From Nitrospirota bacterium (GTDB lineage: Bacteria > Nitrospirota > Thermodesulfovibrionia > Thermodesulfovibrionales > UBA9159): DNA of 64,000 bases. The stretch's first letter is position 1. Every line of letters begins with the position of its first letter. Location of the stretch: positions 1 through 64,000 of the forward strand of contig CAVOUE010000012.1 in assembly GCA_963699545.1 (NCBI GenBank), written 5' to 3'. Made by a program: the position numbers and the translations under genes. Below the pieces are notes generated by a model. That model was given only the letters and a program-made list of their open reading frames with translations. It was not told the DNA's origin and searched no databases. Below, piece by piece: positions 43,654 through 55,856 of this stretch.

Positions 43654-44352
43654 TTATTTACTTGCCGATACCTTCCCCACGTCGACCCTGACGCCGGGCC
43701 CCATAGTGGATGACACCGCGATCTTCTTCAGATATTTCCCCTTGCTTGTACCCGGCTTTGCCTTCACAACGGCCTCGATGATAACCCGTGCATTATCCAG
43801 AAGTTTTTCGGCATCGAAGGACACTTTTCCAATGGGGACATGTATGATCCCGGCTTTTTCCGTCTTGTACTCGACCTTTCCTGCCTTTATCTCCTTCACC
43901 GCCTTCGTTACATCAAACGTCACCGTCCCGAGTTTCGGATTCGGCATCAATCCCCTTGGGCCGAGAATCTTTCCCAGCTTTCCGACAAGACCCATGATGT
44001 CAGGCGTCGCCACCGCGTTGTCGAAATCCAGCCAACCCTTCTGTATCTTCTCAACCAGGTCCTCTGCTCCCACGAAATCGGCACCGGCATCCCGTGCCTC
44101 CTTTTCCTTCTCTCCCTTTGCAAAAACAACGACCCTCACTTTCTTCCCCATACCATGGGGAAGCACGACGGTTCCCCGTACCATCTGATCGGACTTCTTC
44201 GGATCAACACCGAGGTTCAGGGCCATATCAACCGTCTCGTCGAATTTTGTATACGTGGCCTGCTTCACAAACTTGATCGCCTCTTCCAGGGAATACTCCT
44301 TCCCTGCTTCCACTTTCTGCATGGCAGCGTCCATCTTTTTCCCCATCTTCAA
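43654..44352 (-). CDS. rplA: 50S ribosomal protein L1
   Basis: [28 protein letters not shown]. Confidence 0.98.
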   Translation of the reverse strand: MKMGKKMDAAMQKVEAGKEYSLEEAIKFVKQATYTKFDETVDMALNLGVDPKKSDQMVRGTVVLPHGMGKKVRVVVFAKGEKEKEARDAGADFVGAEDLVEKIQKGWLDFDNAVATPDIMGLVGKLGKILGPRGLMPNPKLGTVTFDVTKAVKEIKAGKVEYKTEKAGIIHVPIGKVSFDAEKLLDNARVIIEAVVKAKPGTSKGKYLKKIAVSSTMGPGVRVDVGKVSASK

Positions 44353-44400
44353 CCTCCAAGCTCCAATTTCTTATTCATCAGTTCACGGTCATTCTTCTTG

Positions 44401-44829
44401 TCAGTCAACGATATCGACACCCATGCTCCGTGCGGTGCCGCGGATGATCAGGGCGGCCTCCTCAACAGAATGGGCGTTCAGGTCCGGAAGCTTCGTCTTC
44501 GCAATCTCCATAACCTGGGCAGACGTCAATTTCCCTACCTTTTCCTTGTTGGGCACCCCCGATCCCTTAATGATGCCCGCAGCTTTCTTGATCAATTCCG
44601 ACGCTGGCGGCGTCTTTGTAATGAACGTAAAGGACCTGTCCTGATACACCGTGAGAACAACAGGAATGATGGTGTCACCCATCGCCTGTGTCTGCGCATT
44701 GAACGCCTTACAGAATTCCATTATGTTGACACCGTGGGGACCCAATGCAGGGCCAACGGGGGGCGCCGGATTGGCCTTTCCCGCCGGTATCTGCAACTTA
44801 ACCTGAGCAATCACTTCTTTCTTAGCCAT
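44401..44829 (-). CDS. rplK: 50S ribosomal protein L11
   Basis: [24 protein letters not shown]. Confidence 0.98.
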   Translation of the reverse strand: MAKKEVIAQVKLQIPAGKANPAPPVGPALGPHGVNIMEFCKAFNAQTQAMGDTIIPVVLTVYQDRSFTFITKTPPASELIKKAAGIIKGSGVPNKEKVGKLTSAQVMEIAKTKLPDLNAHSVEEAALIIRGTARSMGVDIVD

Positions 44830-44844
44830 CTAACCCTCCAAAAT

Positions 44845-44912
44845 TAGTGCATAGTGCATAGTTCACAGTTCGCAGTTTCCGTCTATGAACTCTGAGCTAT
44901 GAGTCATGAACG
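44845..44912. repeat. Heptamer-periodic inverted repeat between nusG and rplK
   Basis: TAGTGCA TAGTGCA TAGTTCA CAGTTCG ... CTATGAA CTCTGAG CTATGAG TCATGAA. Confidence 0.7.
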
Positions 44913-44914
44913 AA

Positions 44915-45439
44915 TTACGCTTTTTCCACCTGGAAGAAATGAAGTTCCACGGGAGTCTGCCTTCCGAAAATACTGACCATCACCTTTAACCTCCCGTGAT
45001 CCATATCCACCTCATCGATATAGCCCAAGAAGTTGGTAAAGGGCCCGTCGATAATCCTGACGGGTTCTGCCTTCTGGAACTGTGTCTTCACCTGAGGCGC
45101 CGGCCCTTTTTCGAGCTGCTGGAGAATGATCTCGACCTCTTCTTCCGGGATGGGTATGGGCTTGGTCCCGCCCACGAAACCGGTGACCCTGGGGGTGCTC
45201 CTCACCAGATGCCATGTCTCGTCATCGAGGTCCATCTCCACAAGGATATATCCGGGATAAAATTTCTTATCGCTCTCCCTCTTTTTCCCGGCCTTCAGTT
45301 CGATGACCTTCTCCGTGGGGATAAGGATCCTTGATATCTTTTCCTTGAGGTCCTTCTTCCCGGCCCTGTCCTCTATGCTGAGCTTCACCTTCTCCTCGAA
45401 GCCCGAATATGTATGCACAACGTACCAGTTTTTCGTCAT
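44915..45439 (-). CDS. nusG: Transcription factor NusG
   Basis: WYVVHTYSGFE, YPGYILV, IFGRQTPVEL. Confidence 0.98.
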   Translation of the reverse strand: MTKNWYVVHTYSGFEEKVKLSIEDRAGKKDLKEKISRILIPTEKVIELKAGKKRESDKKFYPGYILVEMDLDDETWHLVRSTPRVTGFVGGTKPIPIPEEEVEIILQQLEKGPAPQVKTQFQKAEPVRIIDGPFTNFLGYIDEVDMDHGRLKVMVSIFGRQTPVELHFFQVEKA

Positions 45440-45443
45440 TCTC

Positions 45444-45628
45444 CTACCTTAATGCGACCTTCACAATTTTCGAAAGACCGAGGTCCACGACTCCCAGGAA
45501 AAGGGATATTATTATCGAAATGATGATAACAACCCATGTGGAGCCGATGAGTTCTTCCCTGCTGGGATAGACGACCTTCTTGATCTCGATCTTCACTTCT
45601 TGAAGAATTCCTTAATTTTGTTCATCAT
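45444..45628 (-). CDS. secE: Preprotein translocase SecE (not in ORF track; frameshift near 45598)
   Basis: Manual translation MMNKIKEFFK / VKIEIKKVVYPSREELIGSTWVVIIISIIISLFLGVVDLGL; lies between tRNA-Trp and nusG. Confidence 0.9.
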
Positions 45629-45675
45629 AACCCTTATTCCCCTCGCTGTTCACGCTCCGCCGTGAACCATTGTAT

Positions 45676-45752
45676 TGGCAGGCCAGGAGGGATTTGAACC
45701 CCCATCCCTCGGATTTGGAGTCCGATGCTCTAGCCGTTAGAGCTACTGGCCT
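45676..45752 (-). tRNA. tRNA-Trp (CCA)
   Basis: Minus AGGCCAGTAGCTC...CTCCAAA...GGTTCAAATCC...GCCA. Confidence 0.95.
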
Positions 45753-45836
45753 ATTCCTCATTCAGTCCCTGAGTCTCCTGTCCTGAGCCGACAGAAAAGA
45801 CCTCCTGTATCCATGACTGCTGATTATCAACTGTCG

Positions 45837-45989
45837 CTATGCCTTTGTCTCCTTGTGCATCGTGTGACGCCTGCAGGTCCTGCAGTATTTCTTTATCTGT
45901 ATCTTGTCGGTGGTATTCTTCTTGTTCTTCATACTGGAATAATTCCGGTTCTTACATTCCGTGCATTGAAAAAGTATTATATCTCTCAT
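45837..45989 (-). CDS. rpmG: 50S ribosomal protein L33 (Zn-binding type; not in ORF track)
   Basis: Manual translation [50 protein letters not shown]. Confidence 0.95.
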   Translation of the reverse strand: MRDIILFQCTECKNRNYSSMKNKKNTTDKIQIKKYCRTCRRHTMHKETKA

Positions 45990-45995
45990 GGTCGT

Positions 45996-47200
<1,205 letters not shown>

Positions 47201-47295
47201 CTTCCTCCTTCCTCAATGAAGCACCTAGTACTGTCAGTCTCTGACATTCACCTGCATTACCGATCATCAGCTCGATACCACGCCTGCCACATTCA

Positions 47296-47371
47296 TGGAG
47301 CCCATGACCGGAATCGAACCGGTGACCTCATCCTTACCAAGGATGTGCTCTGCCGACTGAGCTACATGGGC
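47296..47371 (-). tRNA. tRNA-Thr (GGT)
   Basis: Minus GCCCATGTAGCTCAG...TTGGTAA...GGTTCGATTCC...TCCA. Confidence 0.95.
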
Positions 47372-47473
47372 ATTCTCAAGGCAATGAGCAATTAGCTATC
47401 GGCGCTCGGCTTCCAGCTAAGATCGTATTCTTCATTACTGACAGCTACATCGCTGACTGCTGATCACTGTCTC

Positions 47474-47548
47474 TGGAGCGGGAAACGGGATTCGAACCCG
47501 CGACCCTCAGCTTGGAAGGCTGACGCTCTACCACTGAGCTACTCCCGC
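47474..47548 (-). tRNA. tRNA-Gly (TCC)
   Basis: Minus GCGGGAGTAGCTCAG...CTTCCAA...GGTTCGAATCC...TCCA. Confidence 0.95.
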
Positions 47549-47654
47549 ACTCATTGCCTGTGCTCAGTTTGTCGAGTTTATTAGCCCGGCGTATACGTGC
47601 CCGCCATACGCCCAAACTCAGAAACAACTCCATCACTTAAACTCTCTCAGCATA

Positions 47655-47739
47655 TGGTGGAGAGGGGAGGATTTGAACCTCCGTAGGCTACGCCAACGGG
47701 TTTACAGCCCGTCCCCTTTGGCCACTCGGGTACCTCTCC
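47655..47739 (-). tRNA. tRNA-Tyr (GTA)
   Basis: Minus GGAGAGGTACCCGAGTGG...CTGTAAA, long variable arm, GGTTCAAATCC...ACCA. Confidence 0.95.
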
Positions 47740-47813
47740 ATCTACTCTCGGGGTTGGGTTGAGGATCGGTTTTTCACCAATCCCAAAATCCTAATCCCTG
47801 CCACCTTCTCAGT

Positions 47814-47889
47814 TGGAGCCACCGAAGGGAATTGAACCCCCGACCCGCTGATTACAAATCAGCTGCTCTGCCAGCTGAGCTACGGTGGC
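47814..47889 (-). tRNA. tRNA-Thr (TGT)
   Basis: Minus GCCACCGTAGCTCAG...TTTGTAA...GGTTCAATTCC...TCCA. Confidence 0.95.
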
Positions 47890-48005
47890 TTCAAGAGGCA
47901 ATAGTTCACCTCTGAGTCTTTTAATCAAGTGATTAATCTAAAAAAACAATTATATAATGGTCAAGCCTGAATTTGCAAGGAAAAATTATATTATCACAAG
48001 AATCC

Positions 48006-48758
48006 TTAGAATTTCTTGTTTTTTATAGATGATCTCTGTCTCAAAACCTCAAAGAGAGCTACTCCGGCAGCCACCGATGCATTGAGAGAATTGATCTTCC
48101 CCCTCATCGGGATATTTACAATGGTATCACAATGTTCCTTCACCGTCTTCCTTGCACCCTTCCCTTCGGAGCCGATGACGAGGGCAAGGGGAACGGTGAG
48201 GTCCGCTTCCCACAATGCCGGGTGGTCACCCGCTTCAGAACCGACTACCGTTATTCCCTTTTCTTTCATCTCCCGCATGGCATGCTTGATGTTCGAAACC
48301 ATGGAAACAGGGATATACTCAACTGCTCCCGCAGAGGTTTTTGCTACTTCAGGGCCAAGGCCAGCCGACCTGTGGGACTGGATAATGACACCGTGAACGC
48401 CTGCTGCATCCGATGACCTCAGTATGGCTCCGAAATTCCGAGGGTCTTCTATACCATCAAGGATAACAAACAATGCCGGTTCGTTCCTTTTCGCCGGGAT
48501 CCCGAGGAGTTCGTCAAGACCGATATATTCTTTCCGTACCCCCCTGGCGGCCACCCCCTGATGTCCCCTGGGGAACCTGCGGTCAAAAAAAGTGGGATCA
48601 GGGGTTTCTATAGGAATCCCTCTCCTCGCCGCCTCTCGCCTCACGTGCCCCACCTTTTCATGTCTGCCGGATGAAATATACACCGTCTTTATATCCTTTC
48701 CCGCCGTGAGGGCTTCGAGAACAGGGTTAAGGCCATAAATCCATTCATCGGAATGCAT
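48006..48758 (-). CDS. rlmB: 23S rRNA (Gm2251) methyltransferase
   Basis: HQGVAA, DPRNFGAILRS, IGSEGKG, SLNASVAAG. Confidence 0.93.
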   Translation of the reverse strand: MHSDEWIYGLNPVLEALTAGKDIKTVYISSGRHEKVGHVRREAARRGIPIETPDPTFFDRRFPRGHQGVAARGVRKEYIGLDELLGIPAKRNEPALFVILDGIEDPRNFGAILRSSDAAGVHGVIIQSHRSAGLGPEVAKTSAGAVEYIPVSMVSNIKHAMREMKEKGITVVGSEAGDHPALWEADLTVPLALVIGSEGKGARKTVKEHCDTIVNIPMRGKINSLNASVAAGVALFEVLRQRSSIKNKKF

Positions 48759-49031
48759 GATCAGTCAGTTTTCCTGCAGCCAGATTGCTCGATTTGCCGG
48801 GCGATAAGCGATTCGGCCTCCAGCAGTGTATAACAGCTTATCAAATAAAGCAAAAATCTGTCAACGGAAAGCAGGAGATGAACTGAATGCGTTCAGCGCA
48901 AAAAAAATCCAGCGGGCATATCAATGCTATCCGTCCCCCTTCATTTTTCCTATTTACATAGTTCCCCATAGAAAGCTATACTAACACGCTATTTTTCTTT
49001 AGCTCATTCGCGAAAAAATTCTTCGCGGATC

Positions 49032-51302
49032 ATGAAGGAGGGACGGATGGTGAGAGTGTTGGCTACGGCGCTGATGTATCTTGCGACTCTCTTGATAGGA
49101 GGCAGCATCGCCATCGCTCAGGAACAGCTCCCTCTCGTGAATTCCATTGAAGTGAAGGGGCTGAAGAGGATCGAAGAGGGCGCCGTAAAATCAAAGATCA
49201 CCCAGAAAGCGGGTGAGCAGCTCTCCAATGAAAAGATCACCGAAGACATTAAGAACATCTTCAAGATGGGATACTTCGACGACGTGAAAACAGAGATCGA
49301 AACACTGGAAGGCGGCATAAAGGTGATCTATATCGTTAAGGAAAAACCCACGGTCATCCGCGTCGAGTTCCAGGGCAATGATGAGGTAAAGGACGATACG
49401 CTGAAGGAGAAGACCACGATAACCGTAGGCGCCATCGCAGATACAACGCTCATCCAGGACAACGCAGGCAAGCTCCAGCTCTATTACGAGGAAGAGGGTT
49501 ACTGGCTCGCGAGGGTCGTCCCGGTGATCAATAAGGTGAGCGAGAACGAAGTTTACCTCACCTATCAGATCGATGAAGGGAAAAAGGTCAGGGTGAGGAA
49601 GATAACCATCGTCGGCAACAAGGTGATCTCGGCAGGAAAGATCACGGGCGCGATGAAGACAAGCACCTGGAAAATTTACTCGTTCATTACGTCGTCAGGA
49701 TACTACAGGAAAGAGACGATGAATGCTGACCTCGAAGCGATAAGAGACGTTTACTTTAATAACGGTTTTGTCAAGGCCGTGATATCTGACCCTGAGATAC
49801 AGCTCGATCCTGACAAGAAAGGCATGAGCATAACCATTCAGGTGTCCGAGGGAGACCAGTACAAGATCTCGGCGGTGACCCTCTCCGGGAATAAGGTTTT
49901 CCCGGAGAAAGAGCTGAGCAGGCTGATAACCTCTGCCCCTGGCCAGGTGTTCAGCAAAGAGAGATTAAGGAAGGACATCTCTTCCATGACGGACCTCTAC
50001 ACGCAGAACGGATATGCGCTGGCAAATGTCTTCCCGGAGATCGTTCCCGATGATGCCACAAAACAGCTCGCCCTGAGCTACAAGGTGGAAGAAGGGGAGA
50101 TGTACCGTATCGGAAGGGTCGAGATATCCGGCAATACAAAGACACGTGATAAGGTCATACGGCGCGAAATACGCATGGACGAAGGCGATATGTTTAACAG
50201 TGCCCTGTTGAAAAGAAGTTACGAGAGACTCAATAACCTTAACTTCTTCGAAGCGGTGGACATGGCCCCGAAGCCGAGATATGAAGAAAAGGTACTGGAC
50301 ATCGACGTCAAGGTGAAGGAAAAGGCCACCGGGTTCCTGAGCGTGGGTGGTGGTTACAGTTCTGTGGACAAGCTCATCGGAATGGTGGATATCACTCAGG
50401 GAAACCTCTTCGGACGCGGGCAGTATCTCAAACTGAGGGGTGAATTGGGCGGTCAGTCACAATTTTATGAATTATCCTTCAAGGACCCGTGGTTCATGGA
50501 CATGCCCATCTCCTTCACTGCTGATCTGTACAGCACACAGAGAGACTACATCGATTACAGCAAGAAAGCGGTCGGTTTCGGATTTGGCTTCGGAAAGGAG
50601 CTCGGCGAATTTTGGGGTGCAAGCATATCGTATAACATCGAAAGGGCGACCATCTACAATGTGAGCGACACCGCCTCCAGCGTCATACGGGAACAGATAG
50701 GCACCGCAACGACCAGCAGCATAACGCCGTCAATAACGAGGGATTCCCGCGATAATTACCTCGACCCTTCAAGAGGGTCGAGAAACTCAGTGTATTTCAC
50801 GTTTGCCGGCCTTGGCGGTGATAATGCCTTTATCAAGACCCTTGGAGACTCAGCATGGTTTTTCCCTGTGGGGAGCACTACCATCGCGCTGAGGGGTCGA
50901 CTTGGATATGCACAGGGGATATTCGACAAGACCCTTCCGCTTTATGAAAGATTCTGTGTAGGAGGAATTTACACCGTGCGAGGACTCGGTTACTGCGAGG
51001 CCGGACCGAAGGACGACCAGGGGGAGCTCATCGGAGGGACAAAGGAGCTCATATTCAACGCGGAGTACATATTCCCCATACTCTCCGAACTGAAGCTCAA
51101 GGGAGTTGTATTCGCCGATGCAGGGAATGCGTATGACTCAGACCAGCCCATCAACCCCGGGAAGCTCCGGTACACCGCAGGCGGAGGGATCCGGTGGATT
51201 TCCCCCATGGGTCCCATAAGGGTTGAATGGGGATATAATTTAAAGAAGCAAGAGGGAGAGAGCTCTAACAAGATCGAATTCACCTTCGGCAGTTTCTTTT
51301 AA
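49032..51302 (+). CDS. bamA: Outer membrane protein assembly factor BamA
   Basis: POTRA repeats, GNTKTRDKVIRRE, VRG loop, WISPMGP, C-terminal F. Confidence 0.95.
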   Translation: MKEGRMVRVLATALMYLATLLIGGSIAIAQEQLPLVNSIEVKGLKRIEEGAVKSKITQKAGEQLSNEKITEDIKNIFKMGYFDDVKTEIETLEGGIKVIYIVKEKPTVIRVEFQGNDEVKDDTLKEKTTITVGAIADTTLIQDNAGKLQLYYEEEGYWLARVVPVINKVSENEVYLTYQIDEGKKVRVRKITIVGNKVISAGKITGAMKTSTWKIYSFITSSGYYRKETMNADLEAIRDVYFNNGFVKAVISDPEIQLDPDKKGMSITIQVSEGDQYKISAVTLSGNKVFPEKELSRLITSAPGQVFSKERLRKDISSMTDLYTQNGYALANVFPEIVPDDATKQLALSYKVEEGEMYRIGRVEISGNTKTRDKVIRREIRMDEGDMFNSALLKRSYERLNNLNFFEAVDMAPKPRYEEKVLDIDVKVKEKATGFLSVGGGYSSVDKLIGMVDITQGNLFGRGQYLKLRGELGGQSQFYELSFKDPWFMDMPISFTADLYSTQRDYIDYSKKAVGFGFGFGKELGEFWGASISYNIERATIYNVSDTASSVIREQIGTATTSSITPSITRDSRDNYLDPSRGSRNSVYFTFAGLGGDNAFIKTLGDSAWFFPVGSTTIALRGRLGYAQGIFDKTLPLYERFCVGGIYTVRGLGYCEAGPKDDQGELIGGTKELIFNAEYIFPILSELKLKGVVFADAGNAYDSDQPINPGKLRYTAGGGIRWISPMGPIRVEWGYNLKKQEGESSNKIEFTFGSFF

Positions 51303-51408
51303 GCAAACGGAGAACGTGCTAAGGCCAGCGCCCTCTCTCTGCGGCATCGTCAGGCGCGCCACGTCTTCTGTGCACCACGTGAACATGTGAATATGTGAAA
51401 GGGAGGAT

Positions 51409-51984
51409 ATGATGAGCAAGAAAGCAGCGGTGATGGTTTTTTTTGTGCTCTGTGCAGTGGTTTCTGTTTCGCTTCTGGCGAACGTTGCCTCTGCAGCAGA
51501 GGTCGGAAAGACAGGAGCGGATATCGCGAAGATAGGATATGTTGACCTCAGGGTTGCCCTGAACGAGTCTGATGCAGGCAAAAAGGCAAAGAGCGAGCTT
51601 GAATCCATGATAAAGACGAAGCAGACGAGCATTGACGAGAAAGGGAAATCCATAGAGAAGCTGAAAGGGGACTTCGAAAAGCAGGCTTCCGTGCTCTCCG
51701 GTGAAGCAAGAAAGTCAAAGGAAGAGGAGATCGAGAGACTGGTGAGGGATTACCAGAGGATGGTCCAGGATGCCCAGAACGATGTGAAGAAGAAGGAAAC
51801 CGAAGTCACCGGATCCATCCTCAAAGAGTTACGGGAGGTGGTTGATAAGATCGGTCAGGAGGAAGGATACTCCCTCATCCTGGAGAACGTGGAAGGGATC
51901 ATCCTCTTCTCAAGGAAAGATCTTGATATCACCACTAGGGTAATCAAGAATTTTAACGAGGCAAGGGCCAGGCAAAAGAAATAG
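51409..51984 (+). CDS. skp: OmpH/Skp chaperone
   Basis: KIGYVD, coiled coil, DITTRVI; between bamA and lpxD. Confidence 0.9.
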   Translation: MMSKKAAVMVFFVLCAVVSVSLLANVASAAEVGKTGADIAKIGYVDLRVALNESDAGKKAKSELESMIKTKQTSIDEKGKSIEKLKGDFEKQASVLSGEARKSKEEEIERLVRDYQRMVQDAQNDVKKKETEVTGSILKELREVVDKIGQEEGYSLILENVEGIILFSRKDLDITTRVIKNFNEARARQKK

Positions 51985-52085
51985 CAGCCACACGTGAGAA
52001 AGAAAACATTTTTTGTGCACTCCACTCCGGAATCCCCCTTTCCTGAAAGGAGACCAAGGGGGGTTACTTTGCGCGGAATTTCTCT

Positions 52086-53105
52086 GTGAAACTCAAAGAA
52101 CTCGCATTAATGCTCGACGGAGAAGCTGCGGGAGATCCCGAGACAGAGATACGGGGCGCCGCGGGCATCCATGAGGTGAAGGAGGGAGAGGCCACATTCC
52201 TGGCTAATACCAGGTATCTGAGGGAATGTGCAGAGAGCAAGGCGTCCTGCGTCATCGTCAGGAATCTTATCCCGGATATGGGGAAGCCGCAGATCATCGC
52301 AAAAAACCCGCTCTATGCCTTCGCGAGATTACTGGAGCACTTTTATGTCGCGCCTTATAAGTCAGCCGGGATAAGCTCTGCTGCCTTCGTATCCCAAAAG
52401 GCCAGGATAGGGAACAATGTCTCGATCCATTCTTTCGTCTTTATTTCTGATAATGCGGTGGTAGGCGATGACACCGTTCTCTATCCGGGAGTCTTTGTCG
52501 GTGAAGATACGGTCATCGGGAAACAATGCCTCCTCCATCCCAATGTGACGGTTCGCGAGAAGGTACGGATCGGCAATCGCGTGATAATCCATGCCGGTTC
52601 TGTCGTGGGCGCCGACGGTTTCGGCTACGTGATGGAAGACGGCAGACATCACAAGATACCGCAGGTCGGCGGCGTCATTATCGAGGATGATGTGGAGATA
52701 GGAGCAAATGTTACGATCGACAGGGCGACAACAGGGAATACCTTTATCGGGAAGGGCACAAAGATCGACAACCTCGTCCAAATTGCCCACAACGTTCGCA
52801 TCGGGGAGCATTCCATCATCGTTTCCCAGGTGGGAATCGCGGGGAGTACCGAGATAGGGAACTACGTGGTTCTCGGAGGACAGGTGGGAGTGGCTGACCA
52901 TGCGAAGATCGATGACGGCGCTATGGTCGGGGCCCAGTCCGGGGTCTTCGGTCACCTCGAAAAAGGGATCCACTCGGGCAGTCCCACTATCCCGCACAGG
53001 GACTGGCTGAAATCGGTATCGCTTTTTGGGAAACTCCCGGAACTCCACAAGAAGATAAAGGAGCTTGAAGAGAAGATCAAGGTGTTGGAAAGGAGGCAGT
53101 CATGA
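52086..53105 (+). CDS. lpxD: UDP-3-O-acylglucosamine N-acyltransferase
   Basis: Hexapeptide repeats, [25 protein letters not shown]. Confidence 0.95.
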   Translation: MKLKELALMLDGEAAGDPETEIRGAAGIHEVKEGEATFLANTRYLRECAESKASCVIVRNLIPDMGKPQIIAKNPLYAFARLLEHFYVAPYKSAGISSAAFVSQKARIGNNVSIHSFVFISDNAVVGDDTVLYPGVFVGEDTVIGKQCLLHPNVTVREKVRIGNRVIIHAGSVVGADGFGYVMEDGRHHKIPQVGGVIIEDDVEIGANVTIDRATTGNTFIGKGTKIDNLVQIAHNVRIGEHSIIVSQVGIAGSTEIGNYVVLGGQVGVADHAKIDDGAMVGAQSGVFGHLEKGIHSGSPTIPHRDWLKSVSLFGKLPELHKKIKELEEKIKVLERRQS

Positions 53106-53545
53106 TGGATGTAAAAGAGATACAGAAGTTCCTCCCTCACAGGTATCCTTTTCTTCTGGTCGACAGGATACTGGAAATGGAACCCGAAAAAAAAGCCACG
53201 GGCATTAAGAATGTCACGATCAACGAACCGTTCTTTGTGGGCCATTTCCCGGGGAATCCTATAATGCCGGGGGTCCTGATTGTAGAGGCGCTGGCCCAGG
53301 TTGCCGGACTTATGGCCTTTGCTTCAGGCGTGCAGGGTGATACGGTATACTTCATGAGCATAGAGAAGGCAAAGTTCAGAAGACCCGTCGTACCCGGTGA
53401 CCAGCTCAGGCTTGAGATCATCAGGACCCAGCAGAGGGGGAATGTCTGGAAGTTCTCAGGGGTTGCCACGGTGGACGGAAAACTCGCGGCAGAGGCCGAC
53501 TTCACCGCAATGGTTGTGCAGAAAGATCAGGGTGAGGAGTCGTGA
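53102..53545 (+). CDS. fabZ: 3-hydroxyacyl-ACP dehydratase
   Basis: [31 protein letters not shown]. Confidence 0.97.
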   Translation: MMDVKEIQKFLPHRYPFLLVDRILEMEPEKKATGIKNVTINEPFFVGHFPGNPIMPGVLIVEALAQVAGLMAFASGVQGDTVYFMSIEKAKFRRPVVPGDQLRLEIIRTQQRGNVWKFSGVATVDGKLAAEADFTAMVVQKDQGEES

Positions 53546-54324
53546 TGACAACAGAGATCCATTCAACGGCAATTGTCGACAAAGAGGCGCTCATTGATGA
53601 GAATGTATCCATTGGTCCTTTTTGCATAATAGGCAAAGGTGCGCGGATCAGAAAGGGCTCAAGGCTTGTCTCTCACGTGGTCGTGGAAGGGAAAACAGAA
53701 ATTGGTGAAGGATGCCAGATATACCCTTTTGCGAGCATAGGATTTCCCCCTCAGGATATTAAGTACAAAGGTGAGGAAACCGGGGTGAAGATAGGCAACA
53801 ACAATATAATAAGGGAGTATGTGACCATTCACAGGGCGTCAGTTGCTGGACACGGCGTCACCACAATCGGAAACAATAATTTTCTTCTTGCATATGTGCA
53901 TGTCGCACATGACTGCGCGATAGGGAACAATGTCGTACTGGTAAACCTTGCAACACTGGCAGGGCATGTGGTTGTCGAGGACTACGCGTATATCGGGGGC
54001 ATTGTCGCTATCCATCAGTTCACCAGGATCGGAGCGTATGCAATGGTCGGAGGTTTCAGCGGTATTGGTCAGGACATACCGCCATATACAATGGCCTCAG
54101 GACCAAGGGCAAAGCTCTTTGGCCTGAACACGGTGGGCCTTAAAAGGCATGGGTTCACTGACACAACGGTTGCCGAACTAAAAAAGGCATACAAGATACT
54201 CTTCAGGGAAAAACACACATTAAAGGAAGCCATTAAGAAGGTTCAGGCAGACCTGCCCTATACGGATGAGATAAAGCACCTCATTGAGTTCATCGAGAAG
54301 AACAAAAGAGGCATCTGCAGATAA
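53545..54324 (+). CDS. lpxA: UDP-GlcNAc acyltransferase
   Basis: PQDIKYKGE, IREYVTIHR, HVAHDC, HQFTRIG. Confidence 0.96.
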   Translation: MTTEIHSTAIVDKEALIDENVSIGPFCIIGKGARIRKGSRLVSHVVVEGKTEIGEGCQIYPFASIGFPPQDIKYKGEETGVKIGNNNIIREYVTIHRASVAGHGVTTIGNNNFLLAYVHVAHDCAIGNNVVLVNLATLAGHVVVEDYAYIGGIVAIHQFTRIGAYAMVGGFSGIGQDIPPYTMASGPRAKLFGLNTVGLKRHGFTDTTVAELKKAYKILFREKHTLKEAIKKVQADLPYTDEIKHLIEFIEKNKRGICR

Positions 54325-54484
54325 GAAAAGGATTCTGGAGCAAATCCTGATGATAGCGGCCATGAAGAAACATTTGATCGGGGCCTTGGTCACCCCGCCT
54401 TTGGCCTTCATGTAAACTCCTTACCGTCGCTTCGTCATAAATAAGAGTACTGCGACTATTCCACATTTTTGAGGGGCTGACGCC

Positions 54485-55350
54485 ATGAACTCAGCTATGA
54501 AAGACAAAGGCAAAGGCAAAGGCAAAGGCAAAGATGCGAAAGTCATCGGACTCATCGCAGGTATGGGCGAATTGCCGAAAGCCGTCGCCTCTGAAGCAAG
54601 GGACAAGGGCTTTCATGTCGTTGCCGTCGCCCTCGAACACCTCGCCGACAAGAAACTGGCATCCCATGTTGACGAAATAAAGTGGGTAAATGTGGGCAAA
54701 CTGGGCACGATCATAGAATCCCTGAAGCGCTCCGGTGTTGAACGGGCGGTCATGGCGGGGAAGGTCCCCAAGGCCCTCCTTTACAAGGGCAATATCACCC
54801 CGGACCTCAGGGCAATGAAACTCCTTTTCACCCTGAGGGACAAAAGCGATGATTCTATACTCCTTGCTATCACGAAAGAACTTGAAAAAGACGGCATCAC
54901 GCTTTTGAACACCACCGATTTCTGCCAGAGCATGCTCACGCCTGAAGGACTGTTGACGGAGGAAGGCCTCACGGAGGATGAATGGAAGGATGTCAGGTTC
55001 GGGTGGAAGATCGCCAGGGAGATGGGACGGCTGGATATCGGGCAGACCGTTGTGGTAAAAGGACAGGCGGTGATGGCGGTGGAAGCCATAGAGGGAACCG
55101 ACGAGGCGATAAAACGAGGGGGATCTACGCCCGGGAGGGTGCGGTCGTAGTGAAGGTCAGCAAGCCGTTTCAGGACATGAGATTCGACGTCCCTGTGGTG
55201 GGTCTCGATACGCTGATGGCCATGGTCGAGGTAAAGGCGAGGGTCCTGGCGCTGGAAGCAAGGAAGAGCATAGTGCTCCAGAAGAAACGCTTTCTGAAGG
55301 AGGCTGAAGAGGCGGGGATATCAGTCGTGGGGTTCCTCGGCGAGTGCTGA
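54485..55350 (+). CDS. lpxI: UDP-2,3-diacylglucosamine diphosphatase LpxI; frameshift near 55125
   Basis: GLIAGMGELP, DIGQTVVV, AVEAIEGTD, QDMRFDVPVVG. Confidence 0.9.
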
Positions 55351-55414
55351 TATCGGCTTGATTAAATACGGCAAAATGTTTAGTATATTAGATTAAATTT
55401 CTGGAGGTGTGATT

Positions 55415-55747
55415 ATGTTTTCAGATATCGCCTATGCAATGGGGCCGGCACCACAGGCCGGACAGGGAGGAGCAGGTTCCATGCTCACCAGTTTTCTTCC
55501 CCTCATCCTGATATTCGTCATCTTCTATTTTCTCCTCATCAGACCTCAGCAGAAGAGGGCAAAGGAGCACCGGCAGATGTTGGAGAACATTAAGAAGGGT
55601 GATAAGGTGATCACGTCGGGAGGAGTATACGCCGTTGTCGAAAGCGTTGGAACAAATACCGTTGTGCTGAAGATCGCCGAGAATGTGAAGGTCAAATTCG
55701 GGAAGGGAAACATTGCTGCCGTCAGGCCTCCGTCTGAGGAAGACTGA
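55415..55747 (+). CDS. yajC: Preprotein translocase YajC
   Basis: FYFLLIRPQQKR, GDKVITSGG. Confidence 0.95.
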   Translation: MFSDIAYAMGPAPQAGQGGAGSMLTSFLPLILIFVIFYFLLIRPQQKRAKEHRQMLENIKKGDKVITSGGVYAVVESVGTNTVVLKIAENVKVKFGKGNIAAVRPPSEED

Positions 55748-55856
55748 TCCCGGACCGCATATCGGCGCGCATGAGGAAGGCTGAACACGTCCTCGGCTGC
55801 GAATTCAATCTTTTCATAAATACCATCAGAATGGTTCAGGAGGTTATGGATACGCA

